Positions 1 to 9,025 of a stretch of DNA of 30,627 nucleotides are shown here, one piece after another. This DNA comes from Methanosarcinales archaeon. GTDB taxonomy: Archaea > Halobacteriota > Methanosarcinia > Methanotrichales > Methanotrichaceae. Location: assembly GCA_013415595.1 (NCBI GenBank), contig JAAEEW010000041.1, forward strand, positions 1 to 30,627, read 5' to 3'. The notes under the pieces were generated by a model. It saw only the letters and a list, made by a program, of their open reading frames with translations. It was not told the DNA's origin and ran no database searches. The position numbers were made by a program, and so were the translations under genes. The first letter of the stretch is position 1. Every line of letters begins with the position of its first letter.

Positions 1-2
1 CG

Positions 3-308
3 GAGACGCTGAAGGCCATTCATGACCATAACCCCGAGCTGGTTGAGCTTATCGAGAGCCTGGACAAGGTGCTCCTGGAAGATGGAGCCCTGGACAGGAA
101 GACCAAGAGGCTGATTGCCCTGGCCTGTGTGGCCACCCGGATGTGCGAGGACTGCATCTATCCCCAGGCCAAGGTGGCCATGAACTACGGGGCCACCAAG
201 GAGGAGATCCTGGAGGCCATGCAGGTGTGCATAATCACCGGCGGCGTGCCCACCTTCTCCGTGGCCAAGAAGGGCCTGATGAAGCTCTTCCGGGAGATGG
301 AGGACTGA
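3..308 (+). CDS. Carboxymuconolactone decarboxylase (CMD)/AhpD-like protein, 5'-truncated by window edge
   Basis: Frame is open from base 3 (ETLKAIHDHNPELVELIESLDKVLLEDGALD...). LDRKTKRLIALA-CxxC (CEDC) and GATKEEILEA are typical of the CMD family. Confidence 0.85.
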   Translation, partial: ETLKAIHDHNPELVELIESLDKVLLEDGALDRKTKRLIALACVATRMCEDCIYPQAKVAMNYGATKEEILEAMQVCIITGGVPTFSVAKKGLMKLFREMED

Positions 309-424
309 ACAGTCCCCCTCCCGGACTGATCTTTTGCATAAGTTCCTTTTTCCGGAGCAATTCGTTTTTGCAGTCCCGGCCGGGCCTTTTGTCCGTCGCC
401 CAGGTCGGCCTGCACCTCCATGCC

Positions 425-459
425 CTGAACCTTCAGTCCGCCTGAACCTATCAGTCCGC
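425..459. repeat. Imperfect tandem repeat, 17/18 bp x2
   Basis: ctgaaccttcagtccgc (425-441) and ctgaacctatcagtccgc (442-459). Related palindrome ggactgaacagtcc at 302-315. Confidence 0.8.
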
Positions 460-464
460 GCGCC

Positions 465-1271
465 TCAATCTTCACGCCCCGTCTCGCACTTCTGGATGAT
501 CCTCCTCACCATCTCCTCGAAGGCCTGGGCCGTCTTCTTGCGGGAGTTGAGGATGATGGGCCGGCCCCGGTCCCCGGCCCTGACTATATCCGGGTCCACC
601 TCCACCTTCCCCAGGACGGGGACCCCCATGGACTGCACTCTTTTGTCCCCTCCGGCGGCGGAGAAGAGGTCGATAGGCCTTCCGCACTCCGGGCAGACAA
701 ATCCGCTCCTGTTCTCCACGATGCCCAGGACCGGGACCTCCATCAGCCGGGACATCTCCACCGCCCGGGCGGCGTCCATCATCGACAGGTCGTGGGGAGT
801 GGTGACCACCACCGCCCCGGTGGGGTGCAGGAGCTGGGCTATGCTGATGGGCTCGTCGCTGGTGCCCGGGGGCAGGTCCACGATCAGGTAGTCCAGGTCG
901 CCCCAGTCCACCCGCTCCACGAACTGCTTCAACATGGCCATCTTCATGGGCCCCCGCCAGGCCACCGACCCGTCCTCCCCCACCAGGAAGGCCATGGAGA
1001 TCACGGAGAGACCCTGGTCCGGCCCCACCACGATCTGCACCGGCTCCACCTTCCCGTCCAGGCCGGAGACCAGGGGCTGTCCCTCGATCCCCAGCATCTT
1101 GGGAACGTTGGGTCCGGTGATGTCCGCATCCAGCAGGCCCACGTTCTTTCCGTAAGTGGCAAGGCTCAGGGCCAGGTTGACGGCAACCGTGGTCTTTCCC
1201 ACCCCGCCCTTGCCGCTCATCACCATGATGCGGTGCCTGGCCAGCTCATTCTCTCTCGTCTCCAGGGTCAT
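465..1271 (-). CDS. apbC: Mrp/NBP35 (ApbC) Fe-S cluster carrier ATPase
   Basis: Deviant Walker A SGKGGVGKTT, DADITGPNVP, DYLIVDLPPGTSD, and ENRSGFVCPECG with the cluster-binding CxxC. Confidence 0.95.
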   Translation of the reverse strand: MTLETRENELARHRIMVMSGKGGVGKTTVAVNLALSLATYGKNVGLLDADITGPNVPKMLGIEGQPLVSGLDGKVEPVQIVVGPDQGLSVISMAFLVGEDGSVAWRGPMKMAMLKQFVERVDWGDLDYLIVDLPPGTSDEPISIAQLLHPTGAVVVTTPHDLSMMDAARAVEMSRLMEVPVLGIVENRSGFVCPECGRPIDLFSAAGGDKRVQSMGVPVLGKVEVDPDIVRAGDRGRPIILNSRKKTAQAFEEMVRRIIQKCETGRED

Positions 1272-1525
1272 GCAAACAGCTCCAGTGCCCAGAATTCCAG
1301 GTCATGATCAAAAAAACAAGCGGTCCGTGAGCAGCCTGATGACGGCCTTCCCCGGAGGAGACATCGCCGCCCGGGCACCTGAAGGACAAAAGGCACCTGT
1401 GCAGCCTTCGGGCGATTTTTAGAGACGGATTTGTATCCATCCGGCCACTTAATTTGTGTGAAAATAGCTTTCTGCCATCTTTTTACAGGAAAATTTCATA
1501 TCCTTCCCTGAGAACATGGACCACC

Positions 1526-1768
1526 ATGGCACGACTTCTGGAGGGACGAAAGAGGGGCAGAGAGAAGATGGGGATTGGGGGCTGGATGGCGGGCGGCGAC
1601 GGGACCGGCGGCGAGGGCGCCTTGAAGGCGGCCCGGCCTTCAGACCTGCCCGTCCCCTTCCTGGAGCTGGTTGCGGCCCGGGAGATACTGGGAGAGATAT
1701 TCGACTTAAGCCCGGGTGAGGTGGAGGAGATGATACGCCATCGCATGGCGGAGAGGTCGGCCACCTAG
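1526..1768 (+). CDS. Small hypothetical protein; start uncertain (1526 or 1568)
   Basis: Gly-rich N-terminus followed by a plausible helical segment PVPFLELVAAREILGEIFDLSPGEVEEMIRHRM. AT-rich promoter-like sequence at about 1445-1500. Confidence 0.55.
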   Translation: MARLLEGRKRGREKMGIGGWMAGGDGTGGEGALKAARPSDLPVPFLELVAAREILGEIFDLSPGEVEEMIRHRMAERSAT

Positions 1769-1964
1769 ACCCAACCTTCGCATCAATTTATCCGCTCGCG
1801 TCTCCTCGCCCCTTTCCCGTTCTGCTTCCACTCCCCACCTCCGGCCCCGGAATCCCTCACCTACCGGATGCTGGGTTCTTGCGGGCTTTCAGAGTCACTT
1901 GCCGTCAACGCATTTTCTGATAGCATTCCTGATCGCACCCTCTCATCGCCCTCTCATCACACAC

Positions 1965-2762
1965 TCATCGAGCTTTGTCGCCGATCTCCCGGGCCTCTGC
2001 CTGGATGGCCCGCTCTATCTTCTCCTGCTCCCCCAGGTAGTAGTGATCGACCGGCTGCAGCTCCTCGTCCAGCTCGTAGACCAGGGGCACGGCGGTGGGG
2101 ATGTTCAGGTGCACCACCTCCCGGTCGGAGATGCCGTCCAGATGCTTGACCAGGGCCCGGATGCTGTTTCCGTGGGCGACCACGATCACCCTCTGCCCGG
2201 AGAGCACCGCCGGGGCCACCGCCCCCTGCCAGTAGGGAAGCAGCCGCTCCAGGGTGTCCTTCAGCGACTCACAGCGGGGCAGGCTGGCGGGGGCCACCCC
2301 TTCGTAGCGCCGGTCCCGGTCCGGGTCTGCCAGGCCCCGCAAAGCCAGGTCCCCCAGCGCCGGGCCTGACCCTTCCCCCTCCTGGCAGGGCGGCCGGACG
2401 TCGTACCCCCGCCTCCAGGCCTGAACCTTCTCTTCTCCGTACTTCCGGACCGTCTCCTCCTTGCCCAGGCCCTGCAGGGCGCCGTAGTGACGCTCGTTGA
2501 GCTGCCAGGCCTTCTCCACCGGCAGCCAGCACAGGTCCATCTCCTCCAGGACCAGCCACAGAGTCCTGATGGCCCGCTTGAGAACGGAGGTGAAAGCCAG
2601 GTCAAACGCGTAGCCCTCCTTCCTCATGGTCCTGCCCGCCTCCCGGGCCTCCTTCACCCCCCGGGGGCTCAAGTCTGCGTCAATCCATCCGGTGAAACGC
2701 CGCTCCAGGTTGAAGGTGCTCTGTCCGTGGCGAAGGAGCACCAGTCTGTAAACTCCAGCCAT
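1965..2762 (-). CDS. gpmA: 2,3-bisphosphoglycerate-dependent phosphoglycerate mutase
   Basis: LVLLRHGQS phospho-His motif, [42 protein letters not shown]. Start placed at ATG 2762 (MAGVYRL); the longer ORF runs through the intergenic region. Confidence 0.95.
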   Translation of the reverse strand: MAGVYRLVLLRHGQSTFNLERRFTGWIDADLSPRGVKEAREAGRTMRKEGYAFDLAFTSVLKRAIRTLWLVLEEMDLCWLPVEKAWQLNERHYGALQGLGKEETVRKYGEEKVQAWRRGYDVRPPCQEGEGSGPALGDLALRGLADPDRDRRYEGVAPASLPRCESLKDTLERLLPYWQGAVAPAVLSGQRVIVVAHGNSIRALVKHLDGISDREVVHLNIPTAVPLVYELDEELQPVDHYYLGEQEKIERAIQAEAREIGDKAR

Positions 2763-2878
2763 GCCTTGCCTCATGCCAGATTGGACTGCGGATTTATTAC
2801 ACTTTTCGAGACCTGCCCACACCGGCTGTGCAAATTGATGAAAAAGTGGGCCCGGGGCTGAAAGATTCGCCTCTCCTT

Positions 2879-2916
2879 CCCCCGGCCCCATCCTTCCGGG
2901 CCGGGGGCCATTTTTT
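2879..2916 (+). terminator. Terminator-like hairpin plus T-tract in a divergent intergenic region
   Basis: Perfect 10-bp stem cccccggccc (2879-2888) / gggccggggg (2898-2907), then T6 at 2911-2916. Confidence 0.4.
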
Positions 2917-2973
2917 GTCCAATTAGGGGACAATCCAAAAAGAGTTATACCCATCGATCGGAAAAAGAGCCCC

Positions 2974-3681
2974 ATGAACCACCGGATGTTCTACAACCCG
3001 TTCAACCTGCTCTTCATGTTAATCCTGGCAGTGATTCTCAGCATCAGCGTGGCTGTGCTCTTCCTGGGGGTGATCAGCACCGCCTTCACCAGAATCGGCT
3101 TCTCCTGGAGCGATGCCCTGATTCTCCTGCTGGTCTCCCTCCTGGGAAGCAGCGTCAACATCCCCGTGGCCAACCTGGAGTCCAGAACTCCGGTAGTGAG
3201 GGACCGCCAGGTTCGAGTCTTTGGCATAACCTACACCATCCCCTTCCAGGAGACCATTCGCACCCACACCACCCTGGCCGTCAACCTGGGCGGGGCCGTG
3301 GTCCCCACCCTGGTCTCCCTGTACCTGGTGCTGGCCTGTCCCGGCACTCTCCGGTTCTGCCTGGCCGCCATCCTGCTGGTGGCCCTGGTGACCAACCGGG
3401 TGGCCAGGCCGGTGCGGGGGGTGGGCATCGTCACCCCGGCCCTGGTGCCGCCCCTGGTGGCGGCCCTGGGAGCCTCCATCCTGGTGGCCGCCTTCCAGGC
3501 CCCCCACGAGTTCCTCTTCGCGACCGCCTACACCGGCGGGGCCATGGGAACCCTGCTGGGAGCCGACCTGCTGAACTTCGGCAAGATCCGGGACCTGGGA
3601 GCCCCGGTGGCCAGCATCGGCGGGGCCGGGACCTTCGACGGCGTCTTCCTCTCCGGAATCATCGCCGTCCTGCTGGTGTGA
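2974..3681 (+). CDS. DUF1614-family polytopic membrane protein
   Basis: Multiple hydrophobic helices. [28 protein letters not shown] and [22 protein letters not shown] are recognised as DUF1614 features. Confidence 0.85.
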   Translation: MNHRMFYNPFNLLFMLILAVILSISVAVLFLGVISTAFTRIGFSWSDALILLLVSLLGSSVNIPVANLESRTPVVRDRQVRVFGITYTIPFQETIRTHTTLAVNLGGAVVPTLVSLYLVLACPGTLRFCLAAILLVALVTNRVARPVRGVGIVTPALVPPLVAALGASILVAAFQAPHEFLFATAYTGGAMGTLLGADLLNFGKIRDLGAPVASIGGAGTFDGVFLSGIIAVLLV

Positions 3682-3723
3682 ATAGGCAAAATATAATATG
3701 CTGACAGTCCAGAATTACCCCTC

Positions 3724-4980
3724 ATGAGCTTGAGGGGCTTTCTGAGGGGGCTGAGAGAGGCCTCCCTCCTGCAGGAGATCCGGGAGCCGGTCTCCCCCCA
3801 GTACCAGGCTGCGGCCAGAGCATACGACGCCGGGCCCATCCTTTTTCATGACCTCAGCGGCAGCCAGGCCTGCATCAACGTCATCGGCACCCGGGACCTG
3901 CTGGCCCGGGCCCTGGGCATCCCCGCCCAGGACATGGTCAGACATCTGAGCAGCCTGGAGTTCGAGGGGCCGGTGCGAGAGGTCGACTCCGCCCCCTTCC
4001 AGGAGGTCGTCGGCCGGCCGGACCTCTCCAAAATTCCGGTCTTAACCCACTTCCCCGGGGACGGGGGGCCCTACATCACGTCGGCGGTGGTGGTCTCCCG
4101 GTTCGAGGACCGGATCAATGCCTGCGTCCACCGGCTGATGGTTCTGGGCAAAGATAGGCTGGCCGCCCGGCTGGTCCCGGGCAGGCACACCCACCGCATG
4201 TACACCGATGCCCTGGAGAAGGGGCAGACCCTGCCGGTGGCCATCGCCATCGGGGTGGACCCCCTGGTGCTCATCGCCGCCAGCACCCGGGTTCCCGAGA
4301 ACAGGGAGTTCAACTACGCCGCCGCCCTGCGGGGAGGGCCGGTGGAGCTGGTCACCCTGGATAACGGCGTCCCCGCCCCCCAGGCGGAGATCGTGCTGGA
4401 GGGATACATCACCGCCGATCGGGCCTCCGAGGGCCCCGTCGTAGACATCACCGGCACCGCCGACCTGGTCAGACAGGAGCCGGTGATCCAGCTCACCCGC
4501 ATGATGACCAGGGAGCGTCCCCTCTACCAGGCCCTGATGCCGGCGGGAGGAGAGCACAGGATGCTGATGGGGGTCCCCTACGAGCCCTTGATCTACCGGG
4601 CGGCCTCCAGGGTGGCCCGGGTGAAGAACGTCATGCTCACCGACGGCGGTTGCTGCTACTTCCACGCCGTGGTGCAGATCGAAAAGCAGTCCGAGGACGA
4701 GCCGAGACGGGTGGTGGAGGCCGCCTTCCAGGCCCACGGCAGCATGAAGCACGTGCTGGTGGTGGACTCGGACATCAACATCTACGACCCCCGGGACCTG
4801 GATTACGCCATCGCCACCCGGATGAGGGGGGACGAGGACATCTACCTCTATCCAAACGTGCGGGGCAGCACTCTGGACCCCAGAAGCGTGGAGGGGATGA
4901 CCACCAAAGTGGGGGTCAACGCCACCGCCCGGCTGGACAAATTGTGGAAGTTCCAGAGAATAAAGCCGGGAGAGGCCTGA
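3724..4980 (+). CDS. UbiD-family (prFMN-dependent) decarboxylase; likely anhydromevalonate phosphate decarboxylase of the archaeal modified mevalonate pathway
   Basis: DGGPYITSAVVV, NACVHRLMV, EIVLEGYI, EGPVVDITGT, DLDYAIATRMRGDEDI, GSTLDP and TTKVGVNAT match the UbiD family. The specific substrate is inferred from archaeal homologues. Confidence 0.88.
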   Translation: MSLRGFLRGLREASLLQEIREPVSPQYQAAARAYDAGPILFHDLSGSQACINVIGTRDLLARALGIPAQDMVRHLSSLEFEGPVREVDSAPFQEVVGRPDLSKIPVLTHFPGDGGPYITSAVVVSRFEDRINACVHRLMVLGKDRLAARLVPGRHTHRMYTDALEKGQTLPVAIAIGVDPLVLIAASTRVPENREFNYAAALRGGPVELVTLDNGVPAPQAEIVLEGYITADRASEGPVVDITGTADLVRQEPVIQLTRMMTRERPLYQALMPAGGEHRMLMGVPYEPLIYRAASRVARVKNVMLTDGGCCYFHAVVQIEKQSEDEPRRVVEAAFQAHGSMKHVLVVDSDINIYDPRDLDYAIATRMRGDEDIYLYPNVRGSTLDPRSVEGMTTKVGVNATARLDKLWKFQRIKPGEA

Positions 4981-5000
4981 AAGGATCTGGGGATGGGAAA

Positions 5001-5040
5001 GGGAGGCGCCTCCCCGTGAACAGTTGTTTCTATTTTCCCC
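5001..5040. terminator. Palindrome plus T-rich tract between convergent genes
   Basis: gggaggcgcctccc is a perfect 14-bp palindrome (5001-5014), followed by gttgtttctattttccc. Confidence 0.45.
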
Positions 5041-6723
5041 TCAAGCCCGGGCCAGCTCCCACAGCCTGATTTCACTTCCCTCGCCGCAGAGGGCCAGATG
5101 GCTCATCTTTGGACTGAAGGCCACCGCCCGGGCCCGGCCCAGGCAGTCTAGCTCCAACGCCTCGCAGCCGGCCACCAGGTCCCACACGCGCAGGAGCCGG
5201 CCGGAGTCTGCGGCCAGGAGATACCTGCCGTCCGGACTGAAGGCCGCCGCCAGGGCGTGGCAGGATAGATCAAAGCCCAGCGCCTCCTCGCCCCCGGCCA
5301 GGTCCCAGACGCTGCCCTGGCCCTCCTGGCTGCAGGTCAGCAGATAGCTCCCCTCTCCGCTGAAGGCCGCCGCGATCACCGGAGCTCCGCGCTCGATCCT
5401 TGATGCCTCCCGGCCGCCAGTCAGCTCCATCACCCGGGCGGAGCCGTCCTTGCCGGCAACGGCGATGTACCTGCCGCAGGGGCTGAAGGTCAGAGAGTTG
5501 ATGGTATCCCCAAGGCTGGCGCGCCACAGCTCCCGCCCATTCGAAGGCTGCCACAGGCGGACCTGGTTCCAGCTGGTGGTGGCCAGATATCTCCCGTCAG
5601 GGCTGAAGGCCACCACCCGGGGTATGTAATCGTGGGATAGACGGGCTACCTCTCTGCCGGATGCATATTCGTAGATCCTGGCAGAGCCGTCCCCGGTGGA
5701 GAGGGCCAGATGACGGCCGTCCGGACTGAAGGCCAGGGCGTGAACGGAGGACGTCTGTCCCAGCCTCGATATCTCGATTCCCCGTCCCACGTCCCAGACC
5801 CGCGCTGTGCAGTCGTCGCCGGCTGTGGCCAGATGGCGGCCGTCAGGGCTGAAGGCCAGAGACCACACCCTACCTCTGTGGCCGGTGAGGGGTGGGAGCA
5901 GTGAACTGACGGCCAACCCCGGCAGCGTGCCGAATCCGGGCAGGGAGGCCGGGTCCGCCTTCTCGAGCCACTCCCGGCGGGCCCTGCACTCAGCCGATAG
6001 ATCGGCGTTCAGGCTCTCCAGCCTGCCAGTCATCCTCTCGATCTCAGCCTTCATTGTGGGCAGGTCGGGATTGGTGGGGATGCGAATCAGGGAGATCCTG
6101 TCCGTGGCCATGGACAGGGCCACCAGGGGAACTCCTCCCACCACCACCAGCTTGGCGTAGTGCTTGACCTTCTTCCAGAACAGCTCCCCCTCCAGCTCCT
6201 GCAGCTTCTTCTGATAGGCATTCAGCTCTGAGCCCATCTCCGAGGCCATCTTCCTGTAATCCCTGCTAAAGAAGCTGCGATCGAAGGCGATGAGGCCCTG
6301 GGTGGGGTAATTCTCGGTGCATTCGTAGACCTGGAGCAGGGCGTTTCGCCGATCCCCCATGAAATAGAAATAATTGAAGTTGCCCCAGTAGCCCAGAGCA
6401 ATGAGGTCCCGGTTATCGGCTTCCCCGGACGTTCCTTTGGTCTTTCCGAGGGGATCCAGATTGATCAGATAATTGAACTCCCGGCGAGCATTGCGATACT
6501 CTTCCAGCTCTACCTCCGAAATATCGGAGCTGATTCCATCCACCAGATGCCTCAGACCTACCCTGGCCTTTATCAGCACCTGCTCATCCAGCTTCTCGTC
6601 GATTCTCCTGAGCTGGTCCTTGATCTCGTCAAACCGCCTGTTAATTTGCTGGGGATTGTTCCTGATCATCTTCTGGGCTGAATCCAGCGCACATAGCATC
6701 CTGAAGGCAAGCCAAATATCCAT
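5041..6723 (-). CDS. WD40-repeat protein: helical/coiled-coil N-terminal domain plus 7-bladed beta-propeller
   Basis: Seven repeats of the form xAFSPDGRxLA...RxW[DE] in the C-terminal ~285 aa. The N-terminal ~260 aa appear helical, with heptad-like stretches and a hydrophobic segment. Confidence 0.9.
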   Translation of the reverse strand: MDIWLAFRMLCALDSAQKMIRNNPQQINRRFDEIKDQLRRIDEKLDEQVLIKARVGLRHLVDGISSDISEVELEEYRNARREFNYLINLDPLGKTKGTSGEADNRDLIALGYWGNFNYFYFMGDRRNALLQVYECTENYPTQGLIAFDRSFFSRDYRKMASEMGSELNAYQKKLQELEGELFWKKVKHYAKLVVVGGVPLVALSMATDRISLIRIPTNPDLPTMKAEIERMTGRLESLNADLSAECRARREWLEKADPASLPGFGTLPGLAVSSLLPPLTGHRGRVWSLAFSPDGRHLATAGDDCTARVWDVGRGIEISRLGQTSSVHALAFSPDGRHLALSTGDGSARIYEYASGREVARLSHDYIPRVVAFSPDGRYLATTSWNQVRLWQPSNGRELWRASLGDTINSLTFSPCGRYIAVAGKDGSARVMELTGGREASRIERGAPVIAAAFSGEGSYLLTCSQEGQGSVWDLAGGEEALGFDLSCHALAAAFSPDGRYLLAADSGRLLRVWDLVAGCEALELDCLGRARAVAFSPKMSHLALCGEGSEIRLWELARA

Positions 6724-6955
6724 TCCCGATCAACTCGCATTGCTATACAATAGAGAGAAATCTCTGAAAAGACCAGCCAAGACTCTCGAGTCCCATTTTC
6801 AAAGAGAGCTGAAGGTCACGGCAAATGAACCGGGAATCTAATAAACCTGTCGAAAAAGTCGACCAGATTCCAAAGAGGCCCCATGATGAGACTATTCGCT
6901 ACGAATGACCCATGTAGGGCCCCTATGCCAGGGCCCCGATCCCTGGCCACCTCAG

Positions 6956-7054
6956 CTAAATTTCCAGGTACAGCCTGATGCTGTAGATGGCCGCAGCCGC
7001 CAGGAATAGCCCGATGCATAGGGCCATGATCTGCAGAGCAATATCCGGAACCAC
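6956..7054 (-). CDS. Putative 32-aa single-pass membrane microprotein (not in ORF track)
   Basis: Manual translation from GTG 7054 to TAG 6956 gives MVPDIALQIMALCIGLFLAAAAIYSIRLYLEI. A GAGGTG Shine-Dalgarno overlaps the ftsZ stop 6 nt upstream, and third positions are mostly G/C. Confidence 0.65.
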   Translation of the reverse strand: MVPDIALQIMALCIGLFLAAAAIYSIRLYLEI

Positions 7055-7064
7055 TCGTCCCACC

Positions 7065-8114
7065 TCATCCCCTGACTTCTATTCTCTCCTCTGACCTCTC
7101 TTCCGCTTCGCGAGCTGCACCGGCCCGCCCGAAACCGGAGACTATGGCCGTCACCCTCACCCGGCTGCCGAAGTCCTTTCTCACCCTGGCCCCCCAGATC
7201 AGGTGGGCCTGGGGGTCCAGTTCCCTGGTCATGGCCAGGGCGATGGCCGAGGCCTCCCGCAGGGTGATCTCCTCGCCGGCGGTGATGTGGAGCAGGCAGC
7301 GGGTGGCCCCCCTCCAATCCGCCTCCAGCAGGGGATTGTGCAGAGCCGACCGGATGACCTCCTCCGGTCCGTCGCTGGTTCTGGCCTCCCCCACCAGGAT
7401 GGCCGAGGGCTGGCCGGCCTTGATCACCGTCCTCAGGTCGGCATAGTCCAGGTTGATGAGGGAGGGCTCGCTCACCGCCTCGGAGAGCCCGGAGACCATC
7501 TCCGCTGCCACCTGGTCCATCACCGAGAAGGCCCCGGCCGGTGATAGATGGGGGGCGATCTGCAGCAGTCGGGAGCGGTCCAGCAGGATCAGGGAATCCA
7601 GAATCCCCTGCAATCCACGAACCGGGGACTCCTGAACCAGCAGCTGGAGCCGTTCCCTGGAGAGGGCGGTGGTGAAGATGCCTATTCCCATGGCCCCCAC
7701 ATCCCTGACCAGCCCGGCCAGCACGGGAAGGGCTCCGGTGCCCGTCCCTCCGCCCAGGCCGGCGACCAGGATGATCAGCTCGTAGCCCTGGAGCAGCTTT
7801 CTGAGGGCCGGGATGTCCGACTGCGCCGCCCGGCGGCCTACGTCCCAATCGCCATGAGCCCCCAGGCCTCCCGCCACCTCCCGGCCTATCAGCAGCTTGC
7901 GGTCGGCCACCGCCTGGGCAAGCTGGTGGACGTCGCTGTTCAAGGCCACCGTATCCGCCCCCGACAGACGGCCCCGGCCCAGCCTGGAGACGATCCTGCT
8001 TCCGGCCCCGCCCAGTCCCACCACGGCAATCCGGGATGGCGCGTCCTCGACGGAGGAACCCGGGCGGCACCTGGCCTCCTCAGAGCCGGTCCCGGGAGGG
8101 CTGGTAATGCTCAT
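7065..8114 (-). CDS. ftsZ: FtsZ/tubulin-family GTPase, divergent FtsZ paralogue
   Basis: VVGLGGAGSRIV, ALNSD, GLGAHGD, tubulin signature GLGGGTGTG, T7 loop INLDYADLRTV, LLHITAG, IWGAR and VRVTAIVSG. Start is ATG 8114 (alternative GTG 8129). Confidence 0.9.
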   Translation of the reverse strand: MSITSPPGTGSEEARCRPGSSVEDAPSRIAVVGLGGAGSRIVSRLGRGRLSGADTVALNSDVHQLAQAVADRKLLIGREVAGGLGAHGDWDVGRRAAQSDIPALRKLLQGYELIILVAGLGGGTGTGALPVLAGLVRDVGAMGIGIFTTALSRERLQLLVQESPVRGLQGILDSLILLDRSRLLQIAPHLSPAGAFSVMDQVAAEMVSGLSEAVSEPSLINLDYADLRTVIKAGQPSAILVGEARTSDGPEEVIRSALHNPLLEADWRGATRCLLHITAGEEITLREASAIALAMTRELDPQAHLIWGARVRKDFGSRVRVTAIVSGFGRAGAAREAEERSEERIEVRG

Positions 8115-8233
8115 GGCCCCTTTTTGCACTCCTTTTAAACTTCCTTAACTATCTAATTCCCCGTATCTTAATAATAGTACATAAGTCTTCCCGGAAGGAT
8201 ATCTTTATCATCGATCCTGAACTGCGGGGATTT

Positions 8234-9013
8234 ATGGTGCTAGACGAGATTTTGGTCACCAGAGCCATCGTTGAGAGCTACCTGGAGAGCTTTCTGAAGT
8301 ACACGGACGTGGACGTGGCTCTGGTGGGAGCCGGTCCTGCCAACCTGGTGGCTGCCAAGCGCCTGGCCGAGGCTGACGTGAAGACCGTCCTCTTCGAGAA
8401 GAGGCTGTCTGTGGGCGGCGGCCTGTGGGGCGGGGGGATGATGTTTCCCAGGATCGTGGTGCAGAAGGATGCCTGCCGCATACTGGACGAGTTTGGGATC
8501 TGGTACCGGGAGTACGAGGACACGTACTTCGTGGCCAACTCCATCGAGGCCGTGGCCAAGCTCACCGCCGGGGCCATCGACGCCGGGGCGGAACTGATCA
8601 ACCTGGTTACGGTGGAGGACGTAATGATCCGGGAAGACGACCGGGTGGCCGGGCTGGTAATCAACTGGACGGCGACGGAGATGGCCGGGCTGCACGTAGA
8701 TCCTCTGTCCATCCGGGCCAGGCTGGTCATTGACGGCACCGGCCACGACGCCGTGGTCTGCCGGGTGGTCCAGAGGAAGATTCCGGGAGCCAGGATCGGG
8801 ACCCAGGGGGTCATGGGAGAGAAGCCCATGTGGGCGGAGCAGGGGGAAAGGACGGTGGTCGAGGCCACCGGCGAGGTCTACCCCGGGCTCATCGCCGCCG
8901 GAATGGCCGCCACCACGGTCTGTGCCGGCCCCCGCATGGGCCCCATCTTCGGGGGCATGCTCCTCTCCGGAGAGAAGGCCGCCTCCATCGCCCTGGAGAA
9001 GCTGGGCCGCTAG
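8234..9013 (+). CDS. thi4: Thiamine thiazole synthase, sulfide-dependent (non-suicidal) type
   Basis: VGAGPANL, FEKRLSVGGGLWGGG, IDGTGHD, GPRMGPIFGGMLLSG. GLHVDP has His where yeast THI4 has the sacrificial Cys (CMDP). Confidence 0.93.
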   Translation: MVLDEILVTRAIVESYLESFLKYTDVDVALVGAGPANLVAAKRLAEADVKTVLFEKRLSVGGGLWGGGMMFPRIVVQKDACRILDEFGIWYREYEDTYFVANSIEAVAKLTAGAIDAGAELINLVTVEDVMIREDDRVAGLVINWTATEMAGLHVDPLSIRARLVIDGTGHDAVVCRVVQRKIPGARIGTQGVMGEKPMWAEQGERTVVEATGEVYPGLIAAGMAATTVCAGPRMGPIFGGMLLSGEKAASIALEKLGR

Positions 9014-9025
9014 ACCCGATCGGGG

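Noticed and set aside
2763-2975. 71-aa N-terminal extension of GpmA in the ORF track
   Set aside because: It spans the divergent promoter and hairpins, and homology starts at MAGVYRL (2762).
6816-7019. 67-aa minus-strand ORF between ftsZ and the WD40 gene
   Set aside because: No motif or compositional support. The overlapping 32-aa hydrophobic ORF in another frame has a proper SD and is preferred.
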